Positions 39,221 through 48,885 of a stretch of 64,000 nucleotides of DNA are shown here, piece after piece; positions within the stretch are counted from its first letter, which is position 1; each line of letters begins with the position of its first letter. The position numbers were made by a program, and so were the translations under genes. Source of the DNA: a virus. The DNA lies in the UHGV virus genome UHGV-0141727. One strand, 5' to 3'. The notes under the pieces are model-generated. The model was not told where the DNA came from. It did not search any database and saw nothing but the letters and a program-made list of their open reading frames with translations.

Positions 39221-39500
39221 GCCTCGTAAATCGGTAAAAGCCCCCGAAGTAAAAGACCCCGATCTTGAACGCCGAATTGAGGATTTTGCCAGTAAGGCTG
39301 ATTTGGTGCCGGGTGAGCAACCAGAAGACAACAAAGTGCTCGATAAGGACGCCCCACGTGATTTTAAATCCATTCGTGTTGGCTTCAATGAATACGAGTA
39401 CCAGGTACTTGATGCGTTAAGCAAAAAGCATAATCGCAGCAAATTGAATATGATCCGCCATGCTATTCTCATGCTTGCAGAGTCTGAGGATACAAAATGA
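39213..39500 (+). CDS. ParG-like RHH centromere-binding protein
   Basis: 95-aa ORF overlapping parA stop; C-terminal RHH-like segment. Confidence 0.45.
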   Translation: MIKPRKSVKAPEVKDPDLERRIEDFASKADLVPGEQPEDNKVLDKDAPRDFKSIRVGFNEYEYQVLDALSKKHNRSKLNMIRHAILMLAESEDTK

Positions 39501-39506
39501 CGCCGG

Positions 39507-39610
39507 AATAACACCGTTTTGGTTCCATGTGTTATTTTGAAGCTATTTTGATGCCTTTTTAGTACCAGAATGGTGTTATTAGTGTACCGTAACGGTGCTT
39601 GTTTGATGTT
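39507..39610. repeat. centromere-like repeats downstream of partition operon
   Basis: AATAACACCGTTTTGG, AATGGTGTTATTAG and AACGGTG copies related to the upstream set. Confidence 0.4.
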
Positions 39611-39635
39611 ATAAAAGCCCCATATGGGGCTTTTC

Positions 39636-40478
39636 TTAATTAAGCGTGGCTATAATGTCGTTAGCTATCATTCGCGTTGATGCTTTACAGGATACAGAGC
39701 GACGGGATGGCATAGGATACACCTTGAAGCCATTGCCAACGTAAAGTTCGCGAATGTTAGGCGCTCCACTGTTTGTTATCACAATTTTCGCCCCGCGTCT
39801 GTGAGCATCTACCAGCAGCGACACCAGCCGTTGTTGATCTTCAAACCTAAAGCTATGCCCTGAGTAATTTGTAAATCCGGTAGTGTCGGGCAATGGTTCA
39901 TAGGGGGGATCGCAGAAAATCACATCATCATTCCCGGCAGCCTCAATTACACCAGCAAAATCGCCGGACACAAATTCCGAATACTTTGAAATATCGTCAG
40001 CCAGGAACGCCTCCATTTCCGCGAGAGGGAAGTGGGGTGATTTCTGCTTTCCATATCCGACGTTGAACTCTCCTTTACGGTTATAGCGAGTGACGCCATT
40101 AAAACAATGACGATTGAGATACAGGAACGCCGCTGCATGGTGAAGGGAATCATAAGCACCATTGTTGAATGCATTGCGAACATTCAAAAATGCATCAGCA
40201 GAGTTGTAATCCTGAAAAAAACGATATGCCAGTGTGATAAGAGAATGCCCTTCACGCTGCAATGTCTGATAGAAGTTAATCAGGTCATTATTGATATCGT
40301 TCAGCAGGTTGCTTTTAAATCCGGCATTAGTGAAAACAGCGCCACCTCCAACGAAAGGTTCTATCAACCGTTTTCCGTGGGGCAGGTGTTCGAAGATAAT
40401 GGGCAGTGCAGAAAATTTGCCGCCGACCCACTTAAAGACTGGGCGATCAAATTCGTCCTCCGAGCGAATACGTCGCAT
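39636..40478 (-). CDS. dam: Dam-like DNA adenine (N6) methyltransferase
   Basis: ORF 39636..40670; FKWVGGK, FLYLNR...RYNRKGEFNV and DPPY motifs; ATG 40478 places motif I near the N-terminus. Confidence 0.75.
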   Translation of the reverse strand: MRRIRSEDEFDRPVFKWVGGKFSALPIIFEHLPHGKRLIEPFVGGGAVFTNAGFKSNLLNDINNDLINFYQTLQREGHSLITLAYRFFQDYNSADAFLNVRNAFNNGAYDSLHHAAAFLYLNRHCFNGVTRYNRKGEFNVGYGKQKSPHFPLAEMEAFLADDISKYSEFVSGDFAGVIEAAGNDDVIFCDPPYEPLPDTTGFTNYSGHSFRFEDQQRLVSLLVDAHRRGAKIVITNSGAPNIRELYVGNGFKVYPMPSRRSVSCKASTRMIANDIIATLN

Positions 40479-40545
40479 ATGGCTGATAGTGGCTTCCGCC
40501 GCAGGACGATGATTGTCGCTATAAGAAATAAATTTAGCACCAATA

Positions 40546-41226
40546 TCAGCCACGGATTCCCTCCTTATTTGCTTCAAATACAGCTCTTGCAAAACCGTAA
40601 GGTGTCGCGCTACGAAAATTCGCTCTTTCAGGTCCTGGCGGTGCCTTGTGTATTCGGTTATCTGGATCACCTAACGACTCGTCGATTCGCGGAGTTGGCA
40701 TGATGAATCCTTGTCCGCTCCACAGGCATGTTTTTTTGGTGTAATTGTCTTCCTTGCAATATGCAGTGAAGTGATAAGGATGGAATATGTGGTCAGGTTT
40801 ACGCCAGAATGTCGATATTTGGCTGACCGGGTTTTCAATCATGTACGGGCAACCAATCATCTTTGCAATGTCGTAACACTGCCAGACAACCTGCATTGCT
40901 TTGAACTGGAAAACCGGATCTTTTTTCGCTTTATCTGCGAACCAGCGTGCGCCAGATACAGCCAGGTCAGTACATGGAGGGAAACCGGCTAAAAATACAA
41001 CTCTGTGCAAATTTTTCCGAAGGAAATTGTAGACCTCATCACTGTCAATAATTGCGCTGATACGTGTGAGTACAGCACCTGACTCCATCAATTGGCTGCC
41101 GGACTCCTGGTGTTGCGGATCGACAATGACTGCATCAATGCCGTGTTCCAGCCAGGGGGAAACCATATTCCCTGTATAATCACAAAGACTCACCGCCAGC
41201 GGTCGGTTATTAATGCTCTGCTTCAC
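40546..41226 (-). CDS. short C5-cytosine methyltransferase-like protein (motifs I, IV, VI present; no obvious target-recognition domain)
   Basis: ORF 40546..41352; GFPPC and ENP motifs; GTG 41226 with GGAGG RBS overlapping rdgC end. Confidence 0.4.
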   Translation of the reverse strand: MKQSINNRPLAVSLCDYTGNMVSPWLEHGIDAVIVDPQHQESGSQLMESGAVLTRISAIIDSDEVYNFLRKNLHRVVFLAGFPPCTDLAVSGARWFADKAKKDPVFQFKAMQVVWQCYDIAKMIGCPYMIENPVSQISTFWRKPDHIFHPYHFTAYCKEDNYTKKTCLWSGQGFIMPTPRIDESLGDPDNRIHKAPPGPERANFRSATPYGFARAVFEANKEGIRG

Positions 41227-42115
41227 CGCCAATGGCCTCCACCAGCGAGCTAAACATCGCGGATAATTCGCTTGTGAACAGAATGAAGTCAGCATCAAAT
41301 CGCTGGGCAACATCTTCACGGTCGATGTCATCGTTCTGGTCATAGAGATCATCGCAAAACGTCAGTGCTTTGATGCTCATGTCATCGTTTAACCTGAAGG
41401 TCGCGCGGTCCTGCCAGTTGATTGCAACTGTTGTTGCAACTTTTCCGGCTTCAATATGAGTCATTATTTCCTCTGACTGTAGGTCTACTTTCTTGCAACG
41501 AACTGCGCCGCCGTCATCGAACAGAGATTTCAATATGGCTTCTTCGCCTGCTTTAAAGCCTTGAGGAAATGTTGACTTGAACCATTCGGTCATAGTCATT
41601 TCGAGCGGTTCTATCGGCGTGAATGGAATCACCGGAAGGCTGCCAAGTGATTTACGTAAGAGCGCCAGCATTTCTTCTGCTTTTCTGGCGCTGGAAGCTT
41701 CTACGAAGACCAGATAGTTGTCGCGATCAATAAGGATTCGCGACAATGATTTGCGAGTGAATGCGCGAGGCAACAAAGAGTGGAGAACTTCATCCTTCAG
41801 GGTGTTTTTTTCCGACTTCTTCAGCTTACGGGATTGCTCATTTTCGAGCTTTTCCACTTTTTTCTGCACTTCCTCCTTAATGACATGAGAGGGCAGGAGC
41901 TTAATTTCTCGCTGTTGCTGGAGAAGTAGAAAACCGTGGTATTCATGGATCAGGTTGTCAGCCAGAACCGGCACCCATCCGACTTTTGCCATTTCTTGTG
42001 ATGCGCATGGAGTGAATGTGAATTGGCTTAAGGCATCACTAACGGTGGTTGAGTCCAGTTTAATTTCGCGGGCAAGGCGATAGACGTATATGTTTTTAAA
42101 TGCGACCAATCTCAT
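41210..42115 (-). CDS. rdgC: recombination-associated protein RdgC (P1 HrdC-like)
   Basis: 301-aa ORF recalled to resemble E. coli RdgC along its length (recalled from memory, not searched). Confidence 0.8.
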   Translation of the reverse strand: MRLVAFKNIYVYRLAREIKLDSTTVSDALSQFTFTPCASQEMAKVGWVPVLADNLIHEYHGFLLLQQQREIKLLPSHVIKEEVQKKVEKLENEQSRKLKKSEKNTLKDEVLHSLLPRAFTRKSLSRILIDRDNYLVFVEASSARKAEEMLALLRKSLGSLPVIPFTPIEPLEMTMTEWFKSTFPQGFKAGEEAILKSLFDDGGAVRCKKVDLQSEEIMTHIEAGKVATTVAINWQDRATFRLNDDMSIKALTFCDDLYDQNDDIDREDVAQRFDADFILFTSELSAMFSSLVEAIGGEAEH

Positions 42116-42123
42116 ATTTCGTA

Positions 42124-42165
42124 AAACTGTGTTAGAAAATAAAACTCAATTATCTAACACAGTTT
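42124..42165. promoter_or_regulatory. perfect 13-bp inverted repeat AAACTGTGTTAGA/TCTAACACAGTTT operator-like site upstream of rdgC operon
   Basis: member of TGTTAGAA motif family. Confidence 0.45.
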
Positions 42166-42174
42166 TGTATTTTT

Positions 42175-42852
42175 CTATCCCTTCACAAAGGAGAAATTGC
42201 TCGCTGTTGCTTTTAGCGCGCCACCAGCGTTCAGGGCTATATCACCATCAGCGGCGACGGTTACATTGCTGCCTTTTACATTAACGTCTCCATCGGAGGA
42301 TACATTGGTTTTGCTGCTTGATTTGACGTTAACCTCACCTCCAGCATTAAGCACTATATTCGCCGGGCCGATTATGTAAATCTGGCCGGATTCGTTCATC
42401 CCTATCCTTGATCCTGCGGCGGTGTTTGCTATTTCATAGCCACCGCCAGCCGTTCTGACCTCAAGGATATTGTTTCGGTGAATAACAAAATCTTCAGTCG
42501 CCGAAAACTGGGGGCGGGCAGGAGCACCATCAACTTCTTCTGGCGACCATCCGTTTCCTTGTCCGGAGGCTTCCGGAGGCACATTTGGTACGCCTCCTGG
42601 GGCATCCTGCGCCGCGCCAACGATTAAAGGTCGGCGCGTGTCTATCCTGCCTTTAGCATCCAGATAAGGAAATTCGACCCAGACTAAATCGCCGCTGACT
42701 GTAGGTGTAAAGGCGTTACCGATAGGCATTTGATACTCTGCCCATGGGAGGTCTTCATCCGGTACACCGTTCCAGTCAGGCAGTATGCGGACCTGCGCTC
42801 GCATAAGTCCGGCAGGGTGTTTGGTCCCTACGATTTGCGCTCTGCGTTTCAC
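42175..42852 (-). CDS. baseplate central spike protein (gpV/gp5-like)
   Basis: 225-aa ORF with Gly-rich beta-helix-like C-terminus. Confidence 0.5.
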   Translation of the reverse strand: MKRRAQIVGTKHPAGLMRAQVRILPDWNGVPDEDLPWAEYQMPIGNAFTPTVSGDLVWVEFPYLDAKGRIDTRRPLIVGAAQDAPGGVPNVPPEASGQGNGWSPEEVDGAPARPQFSATEDFVIHRNNILEVRTAGGGYEIANTAAGSRIGMNESGQIYIIGPANIVLNAGGEVNVKSSSKTNVSSDGDVNVKGSNVTVAADGDIALNAGGALKATASNFSFVKG

Positions 42853-43829
42853 TGGTTGGGTACTCCTAATATCATTCGTGTTGTATAGCCGATCCGGTCT
42901 TCAAAATGGGCTACGTTTTTCACCAGCAGCTTACGAGGCAACGATTCGTCCAGCTTATTTTCCTGGTCGTAACGATACACGAGGATCTCAATAACCATTC
43001 CCGGCGTGATGTCGGGATTACCCGCGACCTCAATATCCATTTTGGGTACGAGCGACAATTGCATATTGCGCAGAGTTTCCATATCCGGATCGGATATATA
43101 GCGTATTGGAAGTGAGCTATCGCCATATTCGACATAGCCTTCAGTCATTGAATAGCCGGTAAATCGATACTGAGTATTTGCCGTAACGGCATACTCTTGC
43201 TGTATAAGCCTCATTTTTGAAATCGTGTATTCCGCCCTGGGGTTGTTCCCTTCATAGGTGAATGATGGTTTGGCTTTCATAAGGTCAGCTAATGTATAAA
43301 AGTTAAACTGACCACGGCAGGCCCAGCATAAAGCGCCTTTGTCGCGGGCCATTTCAGATAGCATTTTGGAGGGTTTTTCCCCGGCGGAAAGATGGTACGT
43401 ACAGCTTCGTTTCAATGCGCTGGAGGCGATTTTCAGTGTACCGGTATACGTCTTGAAGATGGTATCAGGCGTTTTATTTGTATGCAGGTTAGCCCGTAGA
43501 GCGGGGATCTTAAATATCCGAACGTCTTCACTGACTGCAATGACCGTAATGACATCACCAGCCAGCACCGCAGATGTTACGAAAAAAGTTGTTTTAAACG
43601 TACCTGAATTGCCTTGTGGATCACCCATCTCTGCAACCAGTGCTGCGCCGTATTTTGTTTTCCAGTCATCAATTATGGTGCCGGTAATGTCGTGAATTTC
43701 CAGTTTCAGCAATGGTGCTCGCAGGTTTGCCTTTTCCACATATACGGCAGTGAATATCCACTCCCTGGGCACTTTGTTTCCGTTGATGGTAATGGACTGT
43801 AGAAAGTATTGCTGTAGCTCCTGGGACAT
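42849..43829 (-). CDS. baseplate hub-like protein
   Basis: 326-aa ORF immediately upstream of spike gene. Confidence 0.3.
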   Translation of the reverse strand: MSQELQQYFLQSITINGNKVPREWIFTAVYVEKANLRAPLLKLEIHDITGTIIDDWKTKYGAALVAEMGDPQGNSGTFKTTFFVTSAVLAGDVITVIAVSEDVRIFKIPALRANLHTNKTPDTIFKTYTGTLKIASSALKRSCTYHLSAGEKPSKMLSEMARDKGALCWACRGQFNFYTLADLMKAKPSFTYEGNNPRAEYTISKMRLIQQEYAVTANTQYRFTGYSMTEGYVEYGDSSLPIRYISDPDMETLRNMQLSLVPKMDIEVAGNPDITPGMVIEILVYRYDQENKLDESLPRKLLVKNVAHFEDRIGYTTRMILGVPNQ

Positions 43830-43832
43830 GGC

Positions 43833-44600
43833 TTACCCCATTCTCAGAGAGGTTTCAGTAATAATTCGTTTCGCGTCCAGCTCCCAGGCGGTGATCACGT
43901 CTGCTATAACACTAATTGCCGTTTGTGCAGCATAAATACGCTCTTCCCCAATTGGGGCTGAAACATCAGTAAAACTGATGTCTTTAGCATCCTGAATCGC
44001 GCAAATTAGCGGGACGGGTACTCGTACCAGCGGGGTTGTTGCTTCAAACTGCGTTCCTGCCATCAAGCGAAGACGTGCTCCTAGCGAATTACACATCAGA
44101 CTCATGGTCGCCTTATCCGTCGCCATTAACGTAACGTCATACGTCAGATTTGCCTGGGTGTATTCCAGGGCTACTAAAGGCATACCGCTGCCAGGTTCGC
44201 AGAAGTGATCACAGCTTTTGCGGTCTATCTGCTGGTCATTGTTGATATAGCTGATATCCATTGAGCGCGAGATATTAATCAGAGGGAGCGCATCGCGATT
44301 AATGTTCGGATTCTCTGGCTTTCTCCCTTGCCCTGCATTAGCACGGCGAACCGCTTTAAGGAACTCGACCGCGTTATCAAAACGGGCAACATAAACACGC
44401 TCCGCTGGTGGGCGACTCAGGAATGATGCAAAGCGCCTTTCTTCTTTTGCTGGTTCCACCAGCGTTACGTCAGAAAAAATGTCGCTGATTAGCGTAGCAA
44501 AAGCGTTATCCACTCTTTCCAGACCAGTTGTCTGGAATTTTCCAGTACGCGTTGTCTGCCACTCGCCAATGCGGGACAGTAGAGTTTTGTTAGGTGTCAT
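43833..44600 (-). CDS. hypothetical virion protein
   Basis: ORF 255 aa. Confidence 0.3.
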   Translation of the reverse strand: MTPNKTLLSRIGEWQTTRTGKFQTTGLERVDNAFATLISDIFSDVTLVEPAKEERRFASFLSRPPAERVYVARFDNAVEFLKAVRRANAGQGRKPENPNINRDALPLINISRSMDISYINNDQQIDRKSCDHFCEPGSGMPLVALEYTQANLTYDVTLMATDKATMSLMCNSLGARLRLMAGTQFEATTPLVRVPVPLICAIQDAKDISFTDVSAPIGEERIYAAQTAISVIADVITAWELDAKRIITETSLRMG

Positions 44601-45403
44601 TCGATCACTCCGTTTTGAGTGGTATCAAAGTTCCTGGCCGGGATGCAGTAATAAAGGGAACCAACGTGTTGTGTTCCGTAGCTGAAGATTCGATGCACGT
44701 ACCACCAGCGGCGGGCGAGGCCATTCGCCATTTCTTCGTTCCATTCCAGGATTGAACCAACAGGTACGTTGTTTGCAGCAATACGCAGGATTAGCACTTC
44801 ATCAGCAAGACCATCCTGTTCTCCATCGGCATCAATGGCATGAAACGAATCCCTTCCGTCCGGGTTATCTAGGACGTATACGATTTCCGGTTCCAGATAG
44901 GTAAGCTCACGCTGGTTGTTGTCCAGTTGCGTGAAAGACTCTTCACCTGTTTCATCGTTTACGACGCCATAGGTGCCATCAGCCGGGCGATATAAAAGCG
45001 CCTCGAATGCGTCAGGGCTTGATTCAATAATAAGCATCCAATCGGCGCGGATCTGGTCGTTGAACGCTTTGTGTCCGTTATATCGGGTTTTAAGCTGCTG
45101 GTTTGGTTCTCTGTTTGCGAGCGATGCCGGTAGGGGAGCGATGTCAGGTTCAATCACTTCCGTAACAGAGTCACCAGCATTATCAGGCCAATTATCATGG
45201 CGGCTATCTGCTTCGGTGGCAGCGCGTTCTTCCAGAATACTGAATGGCCCTGTACTGACCTTCCCATTTTCCGTTGTGCTTCCTTCATTCGCTTCAACCG
45301 TCGTTGTCTCTTCTCTCTGCGTGCTGTCATGTTCTGTTCCCTTTCTCATCAGGCTTGCATCATCAGCAAGCCATTCATCAAAACGGCCCATAAGCGTCCT
45401 CAA
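44597..45403 (-). CDS. hypothetical acidic protein
   Basis: ORF 268 aa. Confidence 0.3.
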   Translation of the reverse strand: MRTLMGRFDEWLADDASLMRKGTEHDSTQREETTTVEANEGSTTENGKVSTGPFSILEERAATEADSRHDNWPDNAGDSVTEVIEPDIAPLPASLANREPNQQLKTRYNGHKAFNDQIRADWMLIIESSPDAFEALLYRPADGTYGVVNDETGEESFTQLDNNQRELTYLEPEIVYVLDNPDGRDSFHAIDADGEQDGLADEVLILRIAANNVPVGSILEWNEEMANGLARRWWYVHRIFSYGTQHVGSLYYCIPARNFDTTQNGVIE

Positions 45404-45540
45404 AGGTCGATTTATCAGGTATAGAGGGGAATTGTCTGGAGATTGTGATTTGTTTGTCGCCAGGTAATTTCTTTAGATTGATGAGGCGAAATCTATCGGA
45501 GGTGCGGTATCATTGTTCGGTCAGAACTTAAGGAGAAACA

Positions 45541-46080
45541 GTGAGTCAGGAAGTTGAAAAGTGGCGAGCATTTGAACACCCTGATGGTGTTATTCGTGAT
45601 TTGTCATTTCTTGACGCTCATCAGGCTGTGTTTGTTCAGCAACAAGAAGGAAAGCAACCGATAGAGTATCGCTTTTGGGTTACGTACTCTTTTCACTGCT
45701 TCACAAAAGACTATGCACACCAGACTGAGGAAGAGAAACTGGCGTTAATGTACCACGCCCCTAAAGAGTCTCGTCCATTTTGTGAGCGTCGCTATAATCT
45801 TGCCAAACTTCACTTAAAAGAGGCAATTCTGTCATTGTCGGAAGGTAAGGTGATCCATGCCGGATACGGAAGCTATGCCGTTATTGAGGTAAATATTGGG
45901 GAGGGTAACAAGGAGTATTATTTTGTTGCGTTTAAGGCTTTCAGGGAAAAGAAAAAGTTGCGGTTACACATCACTAGCGCCTACCCGGTATCAGAAAAAC
46001 CAAATGGCAGGTCAGTGAAGTTTTTCGCAATCGCATACAATCTGTTAAGGAACAAACCGCTTCCTAAGCCACCAAAATAA
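45541..46080 (+). CDS. orphan opposite-strand protein of unknown function
   Basis: 179-aa ORF, GTG start with AAGGAG RBS, own terminator. Confidence 0.4.
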   Translation: MSQEVEKWRAFEHPDGVIRDLSFLDAHQAVFVQQQEGKQPIEYRFWVTYSFHCFTKDYAHQTEEEKLALMYHAPKESRPFCERRYNLAKLHLKEAILSLSEGKVIHAGYGSYAVIEVNIGEGNKEYYFVAFKAFREKKKLRLHITSAYPVSEKPNGRSVKFFAIAYNLLRNKPLPKPPK

Positions 46081-46082
46081 CA

Positions 46083-46104
46083 AAGCCCACCTTAAGGTGG
46101 GCTT
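46083..46104. terminator. hairpin AAGCCCACC/GGTGGGCTT directly after 45541..46080
   Basis: 9-bp stem; T-tract on minus side. Confidence 0.45.
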
Positions 46105-46305
46105 CGCCAGAAATTATTTTCTGGTATTCAGAACGCCATTACCGGACTTTGCCTTGACCAAGTATCACAACTGGTTTGACCTGTTATGATAGCTGGTTGC
46201 GGGATGTCTGAATTTCTTCAGTCTGCTGCATCCTCGAAGGTTTGGTTCAACATGTACCATTCCTTCACCGTCATAATAGTGTACTATTCACGTCCTTGCA
46301 AACAC

Positions 46306-47511
46306 TTATACATTTTTTACGTTGTTCTTCACATACGCCATGAACATCTTTTCGGCTTGTGCTGGTGGTGTTCCTGCCATAACAAGCGCATCAATGAACG
46401 CCTGCTTCTTCAGTGCGAACTGATCAGCAAGGCGTTGCTGAAGTTCCTTGTTTTTCTGCTTCTCCCGTTGCAAAGCTGCTTCTTTTGCCGCTGCCCGTTT
46501 TTTCTGTGCGTCGGATAACTTTCTGGCCCTGGTCAGTTGGTCACGCAGCTTGTCGATCTTACCGTTGTCCTTTGCCAGTTTTGAGCTTAAAGCGGCCTGG
46601 CGTTTCTGATAGAGCTTCCATTCACGTTTAGCTGCCTCAACATTCGTTTTGCTGCTACGGTTTCGATTGAACGCCTTCTCGTCTTCTTTTGTGAAGTGTT
46701 TTGTCGTGCGGCGGCGATCGTCACCAAAGGCAACTTGCTTTGCAGCTTTTTGCAGGGCGCGAGCAATACTCATCTGCCAACTGGCAGACTGTAGTCGTGT
46801 CATTGAGTGGATCACATGTTTACAGGCGACGCCTTGCAGCTTAGGGTTGCGAACTTTTGGATAGGCGTATTCTTTTGGCGGGGCCAGGGCAAAGTTACCC
46901 GCAGTGGCGATGTAGCGATACCAGTATTGATGGCGACCGCAGTCACAGTCGAAAGACACTCGCCCGGCACACAGTGATTTTGTGACTTTCAGGGCTGATT
47001 TATCGTCTTCTGCGATGTCATCGACCATCTGATCCCATTCTTCAAAACGTACCCGGACAATGTGGTGCTGGTGAACGGATATATCGGACGCTTCCACGCG
47101 GATATTAATCACATTGTGACGAAGAGATACGGGCGTAGCTCTTTTGATACCAGAACCGTCGTCTACGGCGTTATTTGCTCGCTTAATATCGATAGCCTGG
47201 CTGGACGCTACCAGTTGTGCGTATGTGATGCCAGCCGTCTTGCTGTCATATTTTTCGCGTGCTTTGCTTCGCAGCTTTTCGAAGCCTTTCAGATCGTCAC
47301 GCGTAAAGAACGTGCCGCCTTTCTTTTTCCCCAGCTTAAGAATGTCTTCGGCTGATTTATTCCTAAGCCTGCCCGGCGTGAGTGTCCTGTGCGCCTGGCG
47401 GCGTTTGCGGTTTTGCTCTTTCCTGATGAGTTCAAATACGCGTGTGAAATCCTTAGAGGACAGACCGTTAGTGATATATCGCCCGTCCTGATTTTTCAGG
47501 AAGTCAGGCAT
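46306..47511 (-). CDS. SWIM-type zinc-finger protein with basic coiled-coil C-terminus
   Basis: 401-aa ORF; CxC...CxH pattern in FDCDCGRHQYW...ACKHV. Confidence 0.35.
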   Translation of the reverse strand: MPDFLKNQDGRYITNGLSSKDFTRVFELIRKEQNRKRRQAHRTLTPGRLRNKSAEDILKLGKKKGGTFFTRDDLKGFEKLRSKAREKYDSKTAGITYAQLVASSQAIDIKRANNAVDDGSGIKRATPVSLRHNVINIRVEASDISVHQHHIVRVRFEEWDQMVDDIAEDDKSALKVTKSLCAGRVSFDCDCGRHQYWYRYIATAGNFALAPPKEYAYPKVRNPKLQGVACKHVIHSMTRLQSASWQMSIARALQKAAKQVAFGDDRRRTTKHFTKEDEKAFNRNRSSKTNVEAAKREWKLYQKRQAALSSKLAKDNGKIDKLRDQLTRARKLSDAQKKRAAAKEAALQREKQKNKELQQRLADQFALKKQAFIDALVMAGTPPAQAEKMFMAYVKNNVKNV

Positions 47512-47833
47512 TTTCTATCTCCGGTGCCGAGCCAGCGTAATCGCGAATCTTGTTTCTTAGCCATGCTGCGTCAGGAAGAGTTAACGTTGTCCCTACCGGC
47601 ATTTCTTCCATTTCTGACTCATGGCCCACCAGCACGCGAAATACCCAGCGCAAATCAGCATTGCCATAGGCGCGATAGGCCGCCAGGTCTGAGCGATAAA
47701 CCTCATCAATTTTTATCGTGTACTGGAAATTATCGGAGTGATACTCCGATACCCGCTTGATCATCTCCTGATGGAATAGTGCGCGCAGCACATCGTCTTC
47801 AATGCATCGATCGTCGAGCCTGCTGTAACTCAT
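47504..47833 (-). CDS. hypothetical protein
   Basis: ORF 109 aa. Confidence 0.3.
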   Translation of the reverse strand: MSYSRLDDRCIEDDVLRALFHQEMIKRVSEYHSDNFQYTIKIDEVYRSDLAAYRAYGNADLRWVFRVLVGHESEMEEMPVGTTLTLPDAAWLRNKIRDYAGSAPEIENA

Positions 47834-47890
47834 AACAGTTCCTCACAGTCATAACCTGTGGGGAACTGTATGCAGGGTGTGAAATGCGGG

Positions 47891-47913
47891 AAAGCAGCGT
47901 CACCTGGCCTGGT
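47891..47913 (-). terminator. hairpin GCGTCACC/GGTGACGC downstream of higA-like gene
   Basis: 8-bp inverted repeat. Confidence 0.3.
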
Positions 47914-47925
47914 GACGCTGTAAAA

Positions 47926-48207
47926 TTATGCGTGGGAAAATAATGGACGGATGTTTGGGCGAGCGGTTTGCGAAGCAACCCAAAGCTCATACTGGGATTG
48001 CATACCGGTCCACATTTCGGCACTGGTTCCAAGAGCGGACTCCAGACGAAGTGCCATATCAGCAGAAATACCTGTTTTTTCGTTCAGAATTCGGGAAAGT
48101 GCCGTGCGAGTAATGCCTAATGCAGCAGCTGCGTCTGTGACTGACATGTCTCCCAAATATTCACGAAGAACCGCGCCTGGATGCGCGGGATTATGCATAC
48201 GACTCAT
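47926..48207 (-). CDS. HigA/VapI-like HTH antitoxin
   Basis: 93-aa [14 protein letters not shown]...DMALRL. Confidence 0.55.
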   Translation of the reverse strand: MSRMHNPAHPGAVLREYLGDMSVTDAAAALGITRTALSRILNEKTGISADMALRLESALGTSAEMWTGMQSQYELWVASQTARPNIRPLFSHA

Positions 48208-48503
48208 ATGTGGAAAGCAACCCGTTTACCGGTTGGCAATTCAACGTCCAGACTCAACTTTCCACCCATAGCCTCAACGTAACGTTTAAGCGTTGCTACT
48301 TTCAAGTCATTGCCTCGTTGTTCAAGTTTTGTGATGGCTGGTTGACTAATTCCCATCGCATCGGCAACTGTTTTTTGTGATAACTGAAGCTCCTCTCTCA
48401 ACATCTGCAATCCGACTTCCAGAATCATTTCATCAGCCTGCTCTTTGATACGAGCTTGGCTTTCAGGGGATTGCGCAGCAATAACTTCTCTTAGAGTTCT
48501 CAT
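48204..48503 (-). CDS. XRE-type HTH antitoxin-like protein
   Basis: 99-aa ORF with HTH, immediately downstream of RelE/HigB-like gene. Confidence 0.5.
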   Translation of the reverse strand: MRTLREVIAAQSPESQARIKEQADEMILEVGLQMLREELQLSQKTVADAMGISQPAITKLEQRGNDLKVATLKRYVEAMGGKLSLDVELPTGKRVAFHI

Positions 48504-48850
48504 TATTTTTTCTCAAGTTCTGCAAGATGGTTGGAAAATTCGTCGTCTGCAATCCGTATCATTCTTTCGTAGAACTTTTTATCGTTACTCTTATCTCCGG
48601 CGCACAGGATTATGGCTTGCCTTACCGGATCAAATGCGAAGAATGCTCTGATAGGGCGACCAGCGTACTGAATCCGTAACTCCTTCATGTTTTTATGGCG
48701 TGAGCCTTTAACTGTGTCGGCATATGGCCTTGATAATGAAGGGCCATATGTTTCCAGATTGATCAGGTCAACCAGGATTTTTTCTTTTAATGCAGGTTCC
48801 TGTTCCTGGAACCATTCATCAAAAATTTTTCCAAAATAAATTTGCCACAT
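48503..48850 (-). CDS. RelE/HigB-like addiction-module toxin
   Basis: 115-aa ORF; ELRI...GDKS motif pattern; precedes two HTH genes. Confidence 0.5.
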   Translation of the reverse strand: MWQIYFGKIFDEWFQEQEPALKEKILVDLINLETYGPSLSRPYADTVKGSRHKNMKELRIQYAGRPIRAFFAFDPVRQAIILCAGDKSNDKKFYERMIRIADDEFSNHLAELEKK

Positions 48851-48885
48851 AGTTATTCAAAATCCTTTTTAATAAACTACATGTT

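Noticed and set aside
43833-47511. Terminase large subunit among the 255-, 268- and 401-aa ORFs
   Set aside because: None shows a Walker A/B ATPase or nuclease motif on inspection; the terminase is probably outside this window.
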